A stretch of DNA of 64,000 nt, taken from an uncultured Gemmatimonadaceae bacterium. Lineage in GTDB: Bacteria > Gemmatimonadota > Gemmatimonadetes > Gemmatimonadales > Gemmatimonadaceae. The position numbers were made by a program, and so were the translations under genes. This document shows, piece by piece, positions 1 through 9,600 of this stretch. Where the stretch lies: contig CAWAGQ010000011.1 in assembly GCA_963781585.1 (NCBI GenBank), positions 352,001-416,000 of the forward strand, written 5' to 3'. Under the pieces are notes generated by a model that was not told the DNA's origin, did no database searches, and saw nothing but the letters and a program-made list of their open reading frames with translations. The first letter of the stretch is position 1. Every line of letters begins with the position of its first letter.

Positions 1-288
1 GGAGAGATCGGCACCACCGCCCAGGGTGGCCTGGCGCCGGGCGGGATCGAGGCCGAGACGCGCCAGACGATGATGAACATCAGGGACGTGCTGGAGAAGT
101 CGGGCTCGTCGATGGATCGCGTGGTGAAGTGCACGGTCTTCCTGGCCGACATGAAGGAATGGGACGCGATGAACGGCGTGTACGCGACGTTCTTCCCCGA
201 CCACAAGCCGGCCCGGAGCGCGTTCGGCGCCACCGGACTCGCCCTCAACGCGCGAACCGAGATCGAGTGCGTCGCCCGCATGAAGTAG
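1..288 (+). CDS. RidA/YjgF family enamine/imine deaminase (5' end outside window)
   Basis: Frame open from base 1 (GEIGTTAQGGLAPGGIEAETRQ); VVKCTVFL..M..MNGVYATFF..PARS..EIECVA is the RidA signature. Confidence 0.9.
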   Translation, partial: GEIGTTAQGGLAPGGIEAETRQTMMNIRDVLEKSGSSMDRVVKCTVFLADMKEWDAMNGVYATFFPDHKPARSAFGATGLALNARTEIECVARMK

Positions 289-314
289 CGCGCGGCGCGG
301 GGCCGGGGCGCGCC

Positions 315-1334
315 ATGAGGTCCGTCGTCGCCGGCGCGGCAATCGGCGGGCTGCTGGCGGCCGTGCCACCGGCCGGGATCCGGCCGCCCGGCGTCGGACC
401 GCTCCCGGCCGGTGGCACGGTCGCCGTCGACACGTTCTGGAGCCAGTCGTTAGGCATCCGCAAGCGCCTCGTCGTCTGGCTGCCACCGTCCTACGGCACG
501 GATCCGGCACGCCGCTATCCGGTCGCCTATTACCTCCACGGGGCGTTCGGCAACGAAACCGACTGGACCGCCCGGGCCGGGCTGGACCACACGCTCGATT
601 CCCTGGTCGCGGCCGGCCTCCCCGAAATCATCGTCGCGATGCCCGACGGCGACGACGGATGGTACACCACCTGGAACGTCCTCGGCGACAACGCCGCATG
701 TCGCCGGGCGCATGCCAGGCAGGGGAACGAGCCCGCCGACGACTACTGCGTCCCGTGGCCGCATTACGACGACTACATCGCCCACGACCTGGTGTCGTTC
801 GTGGATCGCACCTACCGCACCCGCGCCGACCGGCTCCACCGCGGGATCGCCGGACTGAGCATGGGCGGGTACGGCGCCGTCGCCCTCGCGCTCGCCTATC
901 CCGAGGTCTTCTCCGCCGCCGCGAGTCACTCCGGCGTGCTGGCGCCGCTCGCCGGCACCGTTCCGCCGGCCCGGGGCGCGCCGCGTTATGCAGCAGCCAT
1001 CGACTCGCTGCGGGCCCGTTACCAGGCGCCGCTCTGGGGCATCATGGCGCCGGCATTCGGCAACGACACCTCCGCCTGGTGGGCGCGCGATCCCGGACGA
1101 CTCGCCGCGCGCCTCCTCCGCGAGCGCCCGTCGCTCGTGCCCGCGCTCCTGATCGACTGTGGCACCGCCGACCCGTTCCTCGACCAGAATCGCCTGTTTC
1201 GTGACACCATGGCGCAACTGGGAATCCCGGTCACCTACGCGGAATGGCCGGGGGCGCACACCTGGGACTACTGGCGTCGGCACGGCGCCGAGAGCGCGGC
1301 CTGGCTGGCGCAGAAACTGGCAGCGAGCAGGTAA
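315..1334 (+). CDS. Secreted alpha/beta-hydrolase (putative esterase family)
   Basis: Signal-like N-terminus, YPVAYYLHG, GLSMGG nucleophile elbow, IDCGTAD, GAHTWDYW. Confidence 0.85.
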   Translation: MRSVVAGAAIGGLLAAVPPAGIRPPGVGPLPAGGTVAVDTFWSQSLGIRKRLVVWLPPSYGTDPARRYPVAYYLHGAFGNETDWTARAGLDHTLDSLVAAGLPEIIVAMPDGDDGWYTTWNVLGDNAACRRAHARQGNEPADDYCVPWPHYDDYIAHDLVSFVDRTYRTRADRLHRGIAGLSMGGYGAVALALAYPEVFSAAASHSGVLAPLAGTVPPARGAPRYAAAIDSLRARYQAPLWGIMAPAFGNDTSAWWARDPGRLAARLLRERPSLVPALLIDCGTADPFLDQNRLFRDTMAQLGIPVTYAEWPGAHTWDYWRRHGAESAAWLAQKLAASR

Positions 1335-1339
1335 CGGGT

Positions 1340-1508
1340 ACAGCATTCAGCTGGCAGCGATCAGCTGTCAAATGGAGTCGGCAGTGTACAGCCTTCATTT
1401 TGGGAGCTGTCAGACGAACGCAGAGTGACATGGTCTGTTCGCCGGAGTCTGCCAGCTGGCATCTGACGGCTCCGGTCGTGGGCTGCGAGCTGAGCGCTGT
1501 CCGCTGAT
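1340..1508. repeat. Degenerate heptamer array (CAGC-type then GCTG-type units)
   Basis: cagcatt cagctgg cagcgat cagctgt ... gctgagc gctgtcc gctgatt; the two halves are in opposite orientation. Confidence 0.5.
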
Positions 1509-1531
1509 TCCCCCCCCGATATTCGACCTTC

Positions 1532-2080
1532 ATGCGCGGATTCTTCCCCCGGCAGACCGGTGCGTGGAAAACCATCGAGGAGGCGACGTCGTTCCGCCGC
1601 GTCTCGCTGTCGGTGGTCGAGATGGCCGTGCTCACCGGCGTCGTGCTCCGCGTCTACCGCGCCACCGTCATCTCGTTAGGCGCCGGGCGCGGCTGGCTCT
1701 ACCTCGGCGCCACCTTCGCCGTCGCATTCGCCCTGCTGTTCGGGATGGCCACCCTCCACCTCGGCAATTTCACCGTGCGCCAGTGGCTCTGGCGCGCCCC
1801 GGTGTTCGCTGCCATCGAGGCCGCCACCGAGGCCGCGGTCAGCCTGGGTCTGATTGCCCTCGGCCGCGAGCCGCTCGGCTCCGAACGCGCCACGTTCGGC
1901 GACTGGCCGACCATGGTGCGCGATGTCTTCATCTGGCGCGTCGGCACGGTCGTGGTCTTCGCGCTCCTCCTGGCCGGCGTGGTCCAGCTGGTGCGACGCA
2001 TTCTGCTGAAACACGAACATCGCGACCACACCCTCCGCGCCGTGCACGAAATGACCGCGGAGCACAAGGCGGAGCAGTGA
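1532..2080 (+). CDS. Hypothetical integral membrane protein (about 4 TM)
   Basis: Four hydrophobic stretches; GC3-rich codon usage. Confidence 0.7.
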   Translation: MRGFFPRQTGAWKTIEEATSFRRVSLSVVEMAVLTGVVLRVYRATVISLGAGRGWLYLGATFAVAFALLFGMATLHLGNFTVRQWLWRAPVFAAIEAATEAAVSLGLIALGREPLGSERATFGDWPTMVRDVFIWRVGTVVVFALLLAGVVQLVRRILLKHEHRDHTLRAVHEMTAEHKAEQ

Positions 2081-2220
2081 ACGGGCAGCCCTCAGAGCTC
2101 GGCGGTCGTCTCCCGGGAAGCTGGCCGTCGACCGCGACAGCGGCTGGCTGATCGCCTCACTTGATAGCTGACCGTGACCGAGGCTCGCTGCGCCCCTCCG
2201 ACCATTCGTATATTTCTCCC

Positions 2221-2604
2221 ATGACGTGGAAGAACAACAAGCGACTCATCGTCGTCGGCGACCGCGTGCTGGTGCGTCCCGCGGAAGGCGAAGAGCGCAG
2301 CAAGGTCGGGCTCTACCTGCCGCCGACTGCGGTGGATAGTCAGGCCGTGCAGGGCGGCGAGATCGTGGCCACCGGACCGGGCCTGCCCATGCCCGATCCG
2401 TCGGAATCCAGCGACGAACCCTGGCGCACCGGTCCGCGCGAGACGCGATTCCTGCCGATGCAGGCACGAGCCGGCGACTACGCGCTGTTCTTCCGGAAGG
2501 CGGCGGTCGAGATCACCTTCGACAACGAGACCTATCTCGTCGTGCCCCAGAGCGCGATCCTCGCGCTGGTGCGCGACCAGGACACGAGTGACCATGACAT
2601 CTGA
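2221..2604 (+). CDS. GroES/Cpn10-family co-chaperonin (no adjacent groEL)
   Basis: VGDRVLVRP..EERSKVGLYLP, GEIVATGPG, YLVVPQSAILA; extended roof loop. Confidence 0.85.
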   Translation: MTWKNNKRLIVVGDRVLVRPAEGEERSKVGLYLPPTAVDSQAVQGGEIVATGPGLPMPDPSESSDEPWRTGPRETRFLPMQARAGDYALFFRKAAVEITFDNETYLVVPQSAILALVRDQDTSDHDI

Positions 2605-2662
2605 CAACCGACAGCCACTCTCGATCGCCCGGCCTGCCGATCCAACTGAACTCAGGCCGACG

Positions 2663-3097
2663 ATGTACGACGAGCGTTTCATCGCCCCGATGCGACGCGA
2701 GCTCACCGATCTGGGTTTCCAGCAGCTGCATACCGCGGCCGAAGTGGACAGCGCATTGCCCGACGCGAAGGGCGTGTCGCTGGTGGTGGTGAATTCCATG
2801 TGCGGCTGCGCCGCTCGCAACGCGCGTCCGGCGCTGCGTCGCGCGCTGGCCGGCACCGGGGTGAGGCCGGCGCACCTCTTCACGGTGTTCGCCGGACAGG
2901 ACCCGGAACCCACCGCGCGCGCGCGTAACTATTTCACCGGATTTGCGCCGTCGTCGCCGTCGATCGGCATGCTGCGCGACGGCGAGTTGGTCTGGATGAT
3001 GGAGCGCTGGCAGATCGAGGGTAGGGAAGCCGACCAGATCGCCGCCGACATCGTGGCCGCGTTCGACCAGTACTGCGCCACGCCGTCGGGCGGCTGA
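2663..3097 (+). CDS. BrxA/BrxB family bacilliredoxin
   Basis: PMRRELT, VVNSMCGCAA (CGC motif), TVFAGQD, PSSPS; alternative start at 2594. Confidence 0.9.
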   Translation: MYDERFIAPMRRELTDLGFQQLHTAAEVDSALPDAKGVSLVVVNSMCGCAARNARPALRRALAGTGVRPAHLFTVFAGQDPEPTARARNYFTGFAPSSPSIGMLRDGELVWMMERWQIEGREADQIAADIVAAFDQYCATPSGG

Positions 3098-3142
3098 CCA
3101 CTCGGCGCCCGGCGCCGTGTCCCACGCACCGCCGAAGGATTC

Positions 3143-3691
3143 ATGGTGTTGACCGTCTACGCCAACCGGCGGTCGCCGGCGGTCCCGAAGATCGGCGCCG
3201 GACTCGCGGCCGCCTTTTTCCGGACGGCGCGCGGGCGCCCGGTGACGCTGGTGGCCGAAGGACTGCCGCTGTCGGCGCGGCCCCGCGACGTCACCTTCCA
3301 CGCGCTCGACCGGATGGAGCCCGGTACCCTGCCGACGCTGATCGCCGACCTCCGTCGCCGCCATCACATCACGGTCGTCGCGCCGAGCGACCCGCGCACC
3401 GAGCGCGCGTTTCTCGCCCTCGAGCACGCCGACCGGGTGCTGCTGCTCAGCGACCTCAGCGTCGCCGGCGTACGCGGCACCCAACGCGTGATCCGGCTCT
3501 GCGCTTCGTTAGGTTACCCGTATGACAAGTTGCGGGTGGTGCTGTTCGGCGTCGCCGACGACCACGCGGTGTCGCCCCAGGTCGCGGCCGCGGCGTTCAA
3601 GCGCCCGGTCTACTGGCGACTTGGCGCTCTCGATGGCACCGCTTCGTCACTCGAGGGCCTGGCTCGCCGGATCCTGACCGACGAACGCTAG
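3143..3691 (+). CDS. Truncated CpaE/TadZ/MinD-like protein (C-terminal module only)
   Basis: ALEHADRVLLLSDLSVAGVRGTQRVIRLCASLGYPYDKLRVV aligns with the C-terminus of CpaE at 27784-28974; no intact Walker A. Confidence 0.65.
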   Translation: MVLTVYANRRSPAVPKIGAGLAAAFFRTARGRPVTLVAEGLPLSARPRDVTFHALDRMEPGTLPTLIADLRRRHHITVVAPSDPRTERAFLALEHADRVLLLSDLSVAGVRGTQRVIRLCASLGYPYDKLRVVLFGVADDHAVSPQVAAAAFKRPVYWRLGALDGTASSLEGLARRILTDER

Positions 3692-3735
3692 CGACCGCCG
3701 CCCTCGTCCCGCGCCGTCCCCCGCATATTCACCCC

Positions 3736-5973
3736 ATGGTGGAGTCGTCGATCCTTCCCAACGCCGTGCTGGCCGGGCGCTACGCCATCGAGCGCGAGAT
3801 CGGCCGTGGCGGCATGGCGACCGTCTACGAGGCCGAAGACCGCAAGTACGGCCGCCGCGTGGCCATCAAGGTCCTGCGCTCCGACCTCTCCGCGTCGTTA
3901 GGTAGCGAGCGGTTTCTGCGTGAGATCAACATCGCCGCCCGCCTCTCGCACCCGCACATCGTGCCGCTGATCGACTCCGGCGAAGCCGACGGAGCGCTCT
4001 ACTACGTCTCGCAGTTCGTTCCCGGCGGCTCGCTGCGCGACCGCCTGCGCCGCGAACCGCGGCTCCCGGTGAAGGAGGCGATCCGCATCGCGCAGGAAGT
4101 GGCCGATGGCCTGGACTTCGCCCACCGGAGCGGCATCGTCCACCGCGACGTGAAGCCCGAGAACATCCTGTTCCTCGACGGCCACGCGGTGATCACCGAC
4201 TTCGGCATCGCCCGCTGCAGCGACGGCAGCGACGACTCGCTCACCGCCATCGGTATGGCCGTGGGCACCCCGGAGTACATGAGCCCCGAACAGGCCAGCG
4301 GCGAACGCGACCTCCAGCCCGCGAGCGACATCTACAGCCTCGCCTGCGTGACCTTCGAGATGCTCGCCGGAGAGCCTCCGTTCGTCAGCGACGGGGCCCA
4401 CCTCACCATCGCCCGGCAGGTTACCGAAACGCCCCGCGCCGTCCGCCTGCTCCGGCCCGACACGCCCCCCGCAGTCGAGCAGGCGGTGCGCAAGGCGCTG
4501 GCCAAGGATCCCGCCCGGCGCTTCCCGCGCATCACCGACTTCACCGCCGCGCTGGCAGCGGCCGAGGAGCCACGCGCGCTGCCGCCGGCGGCGCGCACCC
4601 GCGCCGTGGCCGTCCTCCCGTTCGTGAACGCGAGCCCCGATCCCGACAACGAATACCTGAGCGACGGCATCACCGACGAGCTGATCGACGTCCTCTCCCG
4701 CGTGCGCGGGCTGCGCGTGTCGTCGCGGACGTCGGTCTTCGCGCTCAAGGGGAAACCGCAGGACGTGCGCGCCATCGGCGCCCTGCTCGGCGTCGCCGAA
4801 GTGCTGGAAGGCACCGTGCGCCGGTCAGGCAATCGGCTGCGCATCGCCGCTCAGCTCACCTCCACCGAGGACGGAAGGCTCCTCTGGTCGCAGCGCTACG
4901 ACCGCACCCTCGACGACGTCTTCGCCATCCAGGATGAGATCGCCCGCACCATCGCCAACACCCTGCGCGGCACCTCATTCGCCGATATCGCCGAGCCGCT
5001 GCCCCAGCGCTACACGCAGAACGTGAAGGCGTACGGGCTCTACCTGCGCGGGCGCTTCGCCTGGAACAAGCGGACGCAGGAGGGCATCGCCGAAGGGATC
5101 CGCTATTTCGAACAAGCCATCGCCGAAGACCCCGCCTACGCTCCCGCGTACACCGGCCTCGCCGACTCGTACGCGCTCCACGTGGACTACCGCAGCGTTC
5201 CGGTGGCCGAGGGCTTCGCCCGGGCCATGGAGTACGCGCGGAAGGCCATCGCACTGGACGACACGCTGGCCGAGGCACACGCCTCTCTGGCCTGGAGTCT
5301 GTTCATCTTCGACTGGGACTGGGACGGAGCCGATCGCGAATACCGGCGCGCCATGGAGCTCGACCCCGCCTACGCCACCGCGCATCAGTGGTACAGCTTC
5401 CTCCTCACGGCGCGCGGAGCCCACGACGAGGCACTGCTCGAGGTGCACACCGCGCTCGAGCTCGATCCGGTGTCGGTGAGCGTGCGGCGCAGCGCCGGCT
5501 GGGCGTACTACTATTCGCGGCGATTCGACCGTGCGCGCTATCACCTCGATCGCGCGCTGGCCATGAACCCCACGGCCGAGGAGACGTTTCGCGTTCTCGG
5601 CCTCACCCTGCTCCGCCTCGGGCAGCACGCCGATGCCGAACGCGTCCTGCGCGAAGGGTCGGCCCTTCCCGGAGCCGGCACCTATGACCTCGCGACCCTC
5701 GGGCACGCCCTCGGGGTCATGGGACGACGCGCCGAGGCCGAGGACCTCCTGGCCAGTCTGGAGCAGCGCGCCAGCGAGGGGTACGTGTCGCCGGTGGCGT
5801 TCGCCATCCTGCACCTCGGACTCGGCAACCTGGAACGCGCGCTGGACTATCTCGAGGCGGCCTTCGCCGAGCGACGCGGCTGGCTGGCCTACATCAACGT
5901 GAATCCGACGCTCGATCCACTGCGGGGGGAGCCGCGGTTCAAGGATCTGGTCGGGAAGATGCGGCTCAGCTGA
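3736..5973 (+). CDS. Hanks-type Ser/Thr kinase with TolB-like and TPR domains
   Basis: GRGGMATVY, VAIK, HRDVKPEN, DFG, GTPEYMSPEQ; then AVLPF..YLSDGITDELI and TPR helices. Confidence 0.95.
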   Translation: MVESSILPNAVLAGRYAIEREIGRGGMATVYEAEDRKYGRRVAIKVLRSDLSASLGSERFLREINIAARLSHPHIVPLIDSGEADGALYYVSQFVPGGSLRDRLRREPRLPVKEAIRIAQEVADGLDFAHRSGIVHRDVKPENILFLDGHAVITDFGIARCSDGSDDSLTAIGMAVGTPEYMSPEQASGERDLQPASDIYSLACVTFEMLAGEPPFVSDGAHLTIARQVTETPRAVRLLRPDTPPAVEQAVRKALAKDPARRFPRITDFTAALAAAEEPRALPPAARTRAVAVLPFVNASPDPDNEYLSDGITDELIDVLSRVRGLRVSSRTSVFALKGKPQDVRAIGALLGVAEVLEGTVRRSGNRLRIAAQLTSTEDGRLLWSQRYDRTLDDVFAIQDEIARTIANTLRGTSFADIAEPLPQRYTQNVKAYGLYLRGRFAWNKRTQEGIAEGIRYFEQAIAEDPAYAPAYTGLADSYALHVDYRSVPVAEGFARAMEYARKAIALDDTLAEAHASLAWSLFIFDWDWDGADREYRRAMELDPAYATAHQWYSFLLTARGAHDEALLEVHTALELDPVSVSVRRSAGWAYYYSRRFDRARYHLDRALAMNPTAEETFRVLGLTLLRLGQHADAERVLREGSALPGAGTYDLATLGHALGVMGRRAEAEDLLASLEQRASEGYVSPVAFAILHLGLGNLERALDYLEAAFAERRGWLAYINVNPTLDPLRGEPRFKDLVGKMRLS

Positions 5974-6019
5974 CGGCCGGCAGCCGGCAGCTTCCAGGTG
6001 GAACGAGCAGTGGCCAGCG

Positions 6020-6982
6020 CTAGACTTCCGACCTGATCCCGCCGTCGTCCAGGCCGGCCGCTCCTACGCGCTCCAGGAAGATCTGATGCAGTGACGGCTG
6101 CACGAGCTCGAACCGCTGCACGCGCGCCCCCGTCTGCACCACCCGCCGCAGCAGCACCTGCGGGTCGGCGCCATCGGCCATCTCGATCTCGAAGAACCGG
6201 TTCGAGTCATCCACCCGCTTCACCAGTTGGCGATCGGCCAGCACGTCGGCGATGCCGTCGCCCGACTCGAGCGCCAGCACCACATGACGCCCGCCATGGT
6301 GCACCTTCACATCGGCCAGCTGGCCGTCCAGCACCATCTCGCCGCGCGAGATGATGCACACCGAATCGCAGAGCCGCTCGGCGTTCTCCATCAGATGGGT
6401 GCTGAAGATCACGGTCTTTCCCGCGCGACGGAGGTCCACCACCGTGTCCTTCAGCGCCTGTGAGTTGATGGGATCGAGTCCGCTGAACGGCTCGTCGAGC
6501 ACTACCAGTTCGGGATCGTGCAGCAGGGTGCTGATGAACTGCACTTTCTGCTGCATGCCGCGCGACAGGTCGTCGATCTTCGAGAGGCCCCAGTCCTTCT
6601 CCGGGGTCCGGAGTCCGAGGCGTTCCATCCATTCCGTGATACGCGCGTCGGCCAGCTTCGGCGAAACGCCCTTGAGCTCCGCCAGAAACCGCAGCAACCG
6701 CCGCACCTGCATCTTCTTGTAGAGGCCACGCTCCTCGGGCAGGTACCCCACGCGATCGGTGAGCCCCTTGGCCGTGTTCGGCTGCCCGAATATGAAGATG
6801 CTGCCCTCGTCGGGCTCTATGATGTTGAGCACCATCCGGATCGTCGTCGTCTTGCCGGCGCCGTTGGGGCCCAGCAGTCCGTACACCGATCCCTGCGGAA
6901 TCCGCAGCGAGACGTTGTTGACGGCGGTGTGGCCGGAGTAGCGTTTGACGACGTTGCGAATGTCGACGGAGTAGTCAGGCAA
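6020..6982 (-). CDS. ABC-2 type transporter ATP-binding protein (NatA-like)
   Basis: GPNGAGKTT, LSRGMQQK, LDEPFSGLD, C-terminal PSLHQIF; TTG start. Confidence 0.92.
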   Translation of the reverse strand: MPDYSVDIRNVVKRYSGHTAVNNVSLRIPQGSVYGLLGPNGAGKTTTIRMVLNIIEPDEGSIFIFGQPNTAKGLTDRVGYLPEERGLYKKMQVRRLLRFLAELKGVSPKLADARITEWMERLGLRTPEKDWGLSKIDDLSRGMQQKVQFISTLLHDPELVVLDEPFSGLDPINSQALKDTVVDLRRAGKTVIFSTHLMENAERLCDSVCIISRGEMVLDGQLADVKVHHGGRHVVLALESGDGIADVLADRQLVKRVDDSNRFFEIEMADGADPQVLLRRVVQTGARVQRFELVQPSLHQIFLERVGAAGLDDGGIRSEV

Positions 6983-7115
6983 AGTCGCGGTCAGGGACGA
7001 GGGTCAGACAGATAGCTCAGCTCATGCGCTACGTGTCAGCTGAATGTAGTCACTCAGGGGTCAGCTATCAGGGTTCAGCTTTCAGCCGTCAGCCCGGTCT
7101 GCTACGTTCCGATTT

Positions 7116-7199
7116 CCTTTGGCCTTTGGCCTTTGGCCTTTGGCCTTTGGCCTTTGGCCTTTGGCCTTTGGCCTTTGGCCTTTGGCCTTTGGCCTTTGG
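7116..7199. repeat. Perfect tandem repeat (CCTTTGG)x12
   Basis: Counted directly; ends 18 nt before the ATG at 7218; degenerate TCAGCT-type heptamers lie upstream at about 6990-7092. Confidence 0.97.
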
Positions 7200-7217
7200 C
7201 GTGATGGCCTCTGACCC

Positions 7218-8033
7218 ATGAGTTCTTTCAGGTATAGTCCCCGCCGGGCCACGCTCACCGTCATCGCGGGCGTCGGCGGGTCGCTGCTGCTCCTCTTTCT
7301 GGCCGCTCCGCTGGTGCAGCTGGTGGCCCAGGGGGGAAAGCAGGGCGTGGCGCACCTCGCCTCTGATCGTGAGCTGCGCCAGGCGCTGTATCTCACCGCG
7401 GTCACGGCCACCCTCGCGACCGCCTTCGGCGTCGCCGGCGGCACGCCGATCGCGTACCTGCTCTCGCGATTCCAATTCCGCGGCCGCGCGCTGGTGGCCG
7501 CCATCCTCGACCTCCCCCTCCTCATTCCGCATCCAGTGGCAGGCATCGCGCTCCTGCTCGTGCTGGGACGCGAATCGGCGGTTGGCTCGGCCGCGCTGCA
7601 GTTCGGTCTCCGCATCGTGGGCTCGCCCCCCGGCATCGTGTGCGCGATGCTCTTCGTCTCGGCTCCGCTGTACATCAGTGGCGCGCGTGAGGCGTTCTCG
7701 CGCGTGGATCGTCGCTTCGAGGCGGTGGCGCGCACGCTGGGCGACGACTCCTGGCGCGCGTTTCGCCGGGTCACGCTGCCGCTCGCGTCGCGCGGCATGA
7801 CCGCAGCGGCGGTGGTCATGTGGGCGCGGGCCGTGAGTGAGTTCGGCGCCATCGTCATCCTCACCTACAATCCGAAGACGGTGAGCGTGCTGAGCTACGA
7901 TCGGTTCACCACGTTCGGTCTGTCGGAAGCCCTGCCGGTGGCGGCGGTGCTCGCGTTGCTCGCACTGGTTCCGCTCACCGTGCTGCGTGCGCTGCGGTAC
8001 GACCATGTGACCGTACCCGGGTCTCCGCCGTGA
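7218..8033 (+). CDS. modB: Molybdate/tungstate ABC transporter permease (ModB/WtpB-like)
   Basis: DLPLLIPHPVAGIALL, EAA-loop FEAVARTLG, WARAVSEFGA. Confidence 0.85.
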   Translation: MSSFRYSPRRATLTVIAGVGGSLLLLFLAAPLVQLVAQGGKQGVAHLASDRELRQALYLTAVTATLATAFGVAGGTPIAYLLSRFQFRGRALVAAILDLPLLIPHPVAGIALLLVLGRESAVGSAALQFGLRIVGSPPGIVCAMLFVSAPLYISGAREAFSRVDRRFEAVARTLGDDSWRAFRRVTLPLASRGMTAAAVVMWARAVSEFGAIVILTYNPKTVSVLSYDRFTTFGLSEALPVAAVLALLALVPLTVLRALRYDHVTVPGSPP

Positions 8034-9109
8034 TCGAGGCGGCCGGGCTCTGCGCCCGGATCGGTGCCTTCGCGCTCTCCGACGTGACGTTCACGGTTCC
8101 GCGGGGCAGCTACGGTGTGGTGATCGGTCCGGCCGGGTCCGGGAAGACCACGCTGCTCGAGACGATTGCGGGTATCATCCGTCCGATCGGCGGGACGCTC
8201 CGGCTCGACGGGCGCGACGCGTCCGGCGTTCCACCCGAGCAACGCAACTTGGGGCTGGTGTATCAGCACGCGTTTCTCTTCCCCCATCTCTCGGTATCGG
8301 CGAACGTCGCGTACGGCGTCACCGATCCGGCGGTGACCGCCGAGTTCATGGCCCGGTTGGAGATCGCCGACCTCGGTGGTCGCGACGTTGCATCGCTCAG
8401 CGGCGGCGAGCGCCAGCTGGTGGCGCTGGCGCGCACGCTCGCGAGGCGGCCCTCGATCCTGCTTCTCGACGAGCCGTTCGGTGCCCTCGACCCGCGTCGC
8501 CGCGCCCGCACCCGGCGCGAGGTCCGCGCCCTCCACCGCGAGCTGGGCTTCACCGTGCTTCAGGTGACGCATGACTTCACCGAAGCCGGCTTGCTGGGCG
8601 ATGTGGCGATTCTGCTCGACAAGGGTCGGGTGCTCCAGACCGGAGCACCTGACGGCGTGTTCCGCCATCCCGCATCGCCCTACATCGCGGAGTTCCTTGG
8701 CGCCGAGAACGTCCTGGCCGGCAGCGCGCGGCTTCTTGGCGATCACGCGCCCGATTGGATCGACGCCGAGCCCGCCGCCCTGGCGGAGGGCTATCATCCC
8801 GTGGAATTCCGGAGCGGCCCGTTCACCATCTACACCGTCGGTCAGGCGCCCGAGGGCCCGTGCTATGCGGTGATCCGCGCCGAAGAGGTGGTGTTGTCGC
8901 TGGCGCCACAGAATACGTCGGCGCGCAATCTCTTCCGCGGCCGGATCATCGAGATCGGCACGTTAGGCGCGTTCGCGCGGGTGACAGTCGAGGTGGAGGG
9001 CGTGCCGCTGGTGGCCGCCGTCACCACCCGCTCGGCGCAGGAGATGCATCTTGTCGAAGGTGTTGAAGTCTGGGCGACGTTCAAGGCGATGGGAGTGCAT
9101 CTCTGCTAG
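8030..9109 (+). CDS. modC: Molybdate/tungstate ABC ATP-binding protein with TOBE/Mop domain (ModC/WtpC-like)
   Basis: GPAGSGKTT, LSGGERQ, LLDEPF; C-terminal TSARNLF..T..SAQEM..FKA Mop motif. Confidence 0.85.
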   Translation: MIEAAGLCARIGAFALSDVTFTVPRGSYGVVIGPAGSGKTTLLETIAGIIRPIGGTLRLDGRDASGVPPEQRNLGLVYQHAFLFPHLSVSANVAYGVTDPAVTAEFMARLEIADLGGRDVASLSGGERQLVALARTLARRPSILLLDEPFGALDPRRRARTRREVRALHRELGFTVLQVTHDFTEAGLLGDVAILLDKGRVLQTGAPDGVFRHPASPYIAEFLGAENVLAGSARLLGDHAPDWIDAEPAALAEGYHPVEFRSGPFTIYTVGQAPEGPCYAVIRAEEVVLSLAPQNTSARNLFRGRIIEIGTLGAFARVTVEVEGVPLVAAVTTRSAQEMHLVEGVEVWATFKAMGVHLC

Positions 9110-9328
9110 GACGGCAGCGATCAAACGTCATGCCGCTGACGCTGGGTCACGGTTCAGCCGGCGCGCCGCTTCGACGCTTTGCGCTGATGACCCCCGCGGG
9201 CCAGCAACGCCGCGCTGACATCCGCACTCGAATGATCCGGGACCTCGCCGGTGCGGACGCTATCGTTTGCTGCCAAGTCACCGATCGATGACTCGCCGCG
9301 GTCCTCTTGCGAAATCGGGGATACGGCA

Positions 9329-9357
9329 TTACCGTAATACGTATTACCAAATACGAT
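9329..9357 (+). promoter_or_regulatory. TA promoter with palindromic operator
   Basis: TTACCG-17nt-TACGAT overlapping the perfect palindrome GTAATACGTATTAC (9334-9347). Confidence 0.65.
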
Positions 9358-9369
9358 TACGGTGCCACC

Positions 9370-9600
9370 ATGCCCATGTCCACCTTGACCACGAAGTACC
9401 AGGCCACGATTCCCCGGCAGGTACGCGAGGTTCTGCAGCTCACCGCCGGAGACCGCGTCGAGTTCGTGCTCGACGCCACTGGAGGCGTGCGTGTGCGCAA
9501 GGCGCCGCCGCGCGCCTCCGCCGAGCTCCATGCCCTCGAGGCAACGCTGTCGCCGGAATGGGATTCGGACAGCGATGACGACGCGTATGCCGGACTATAG
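9370..9600 (+). CDS. AbrB/MazE-type antitoxin
   Basis: STLTTKYQATIPRQVREVLQLTAGDRVEF AbrB fold; acidic tail EWDSDSDDDAY; overlaps toxin start. Confidence 0.88.
   Translation: MPMSTLTTKYQATIPRQVREVLQLTAGDRVEFVLDATGGVRVRKAPPRASAELHALEATLSPEWDSDSDDDAYAGL

Noticed and set aside
7024..7221. Small ORF with (LWPLAFG)n repeats
   Set aside because: Simple translation of the CCTTTGG array; no independent coding evidence
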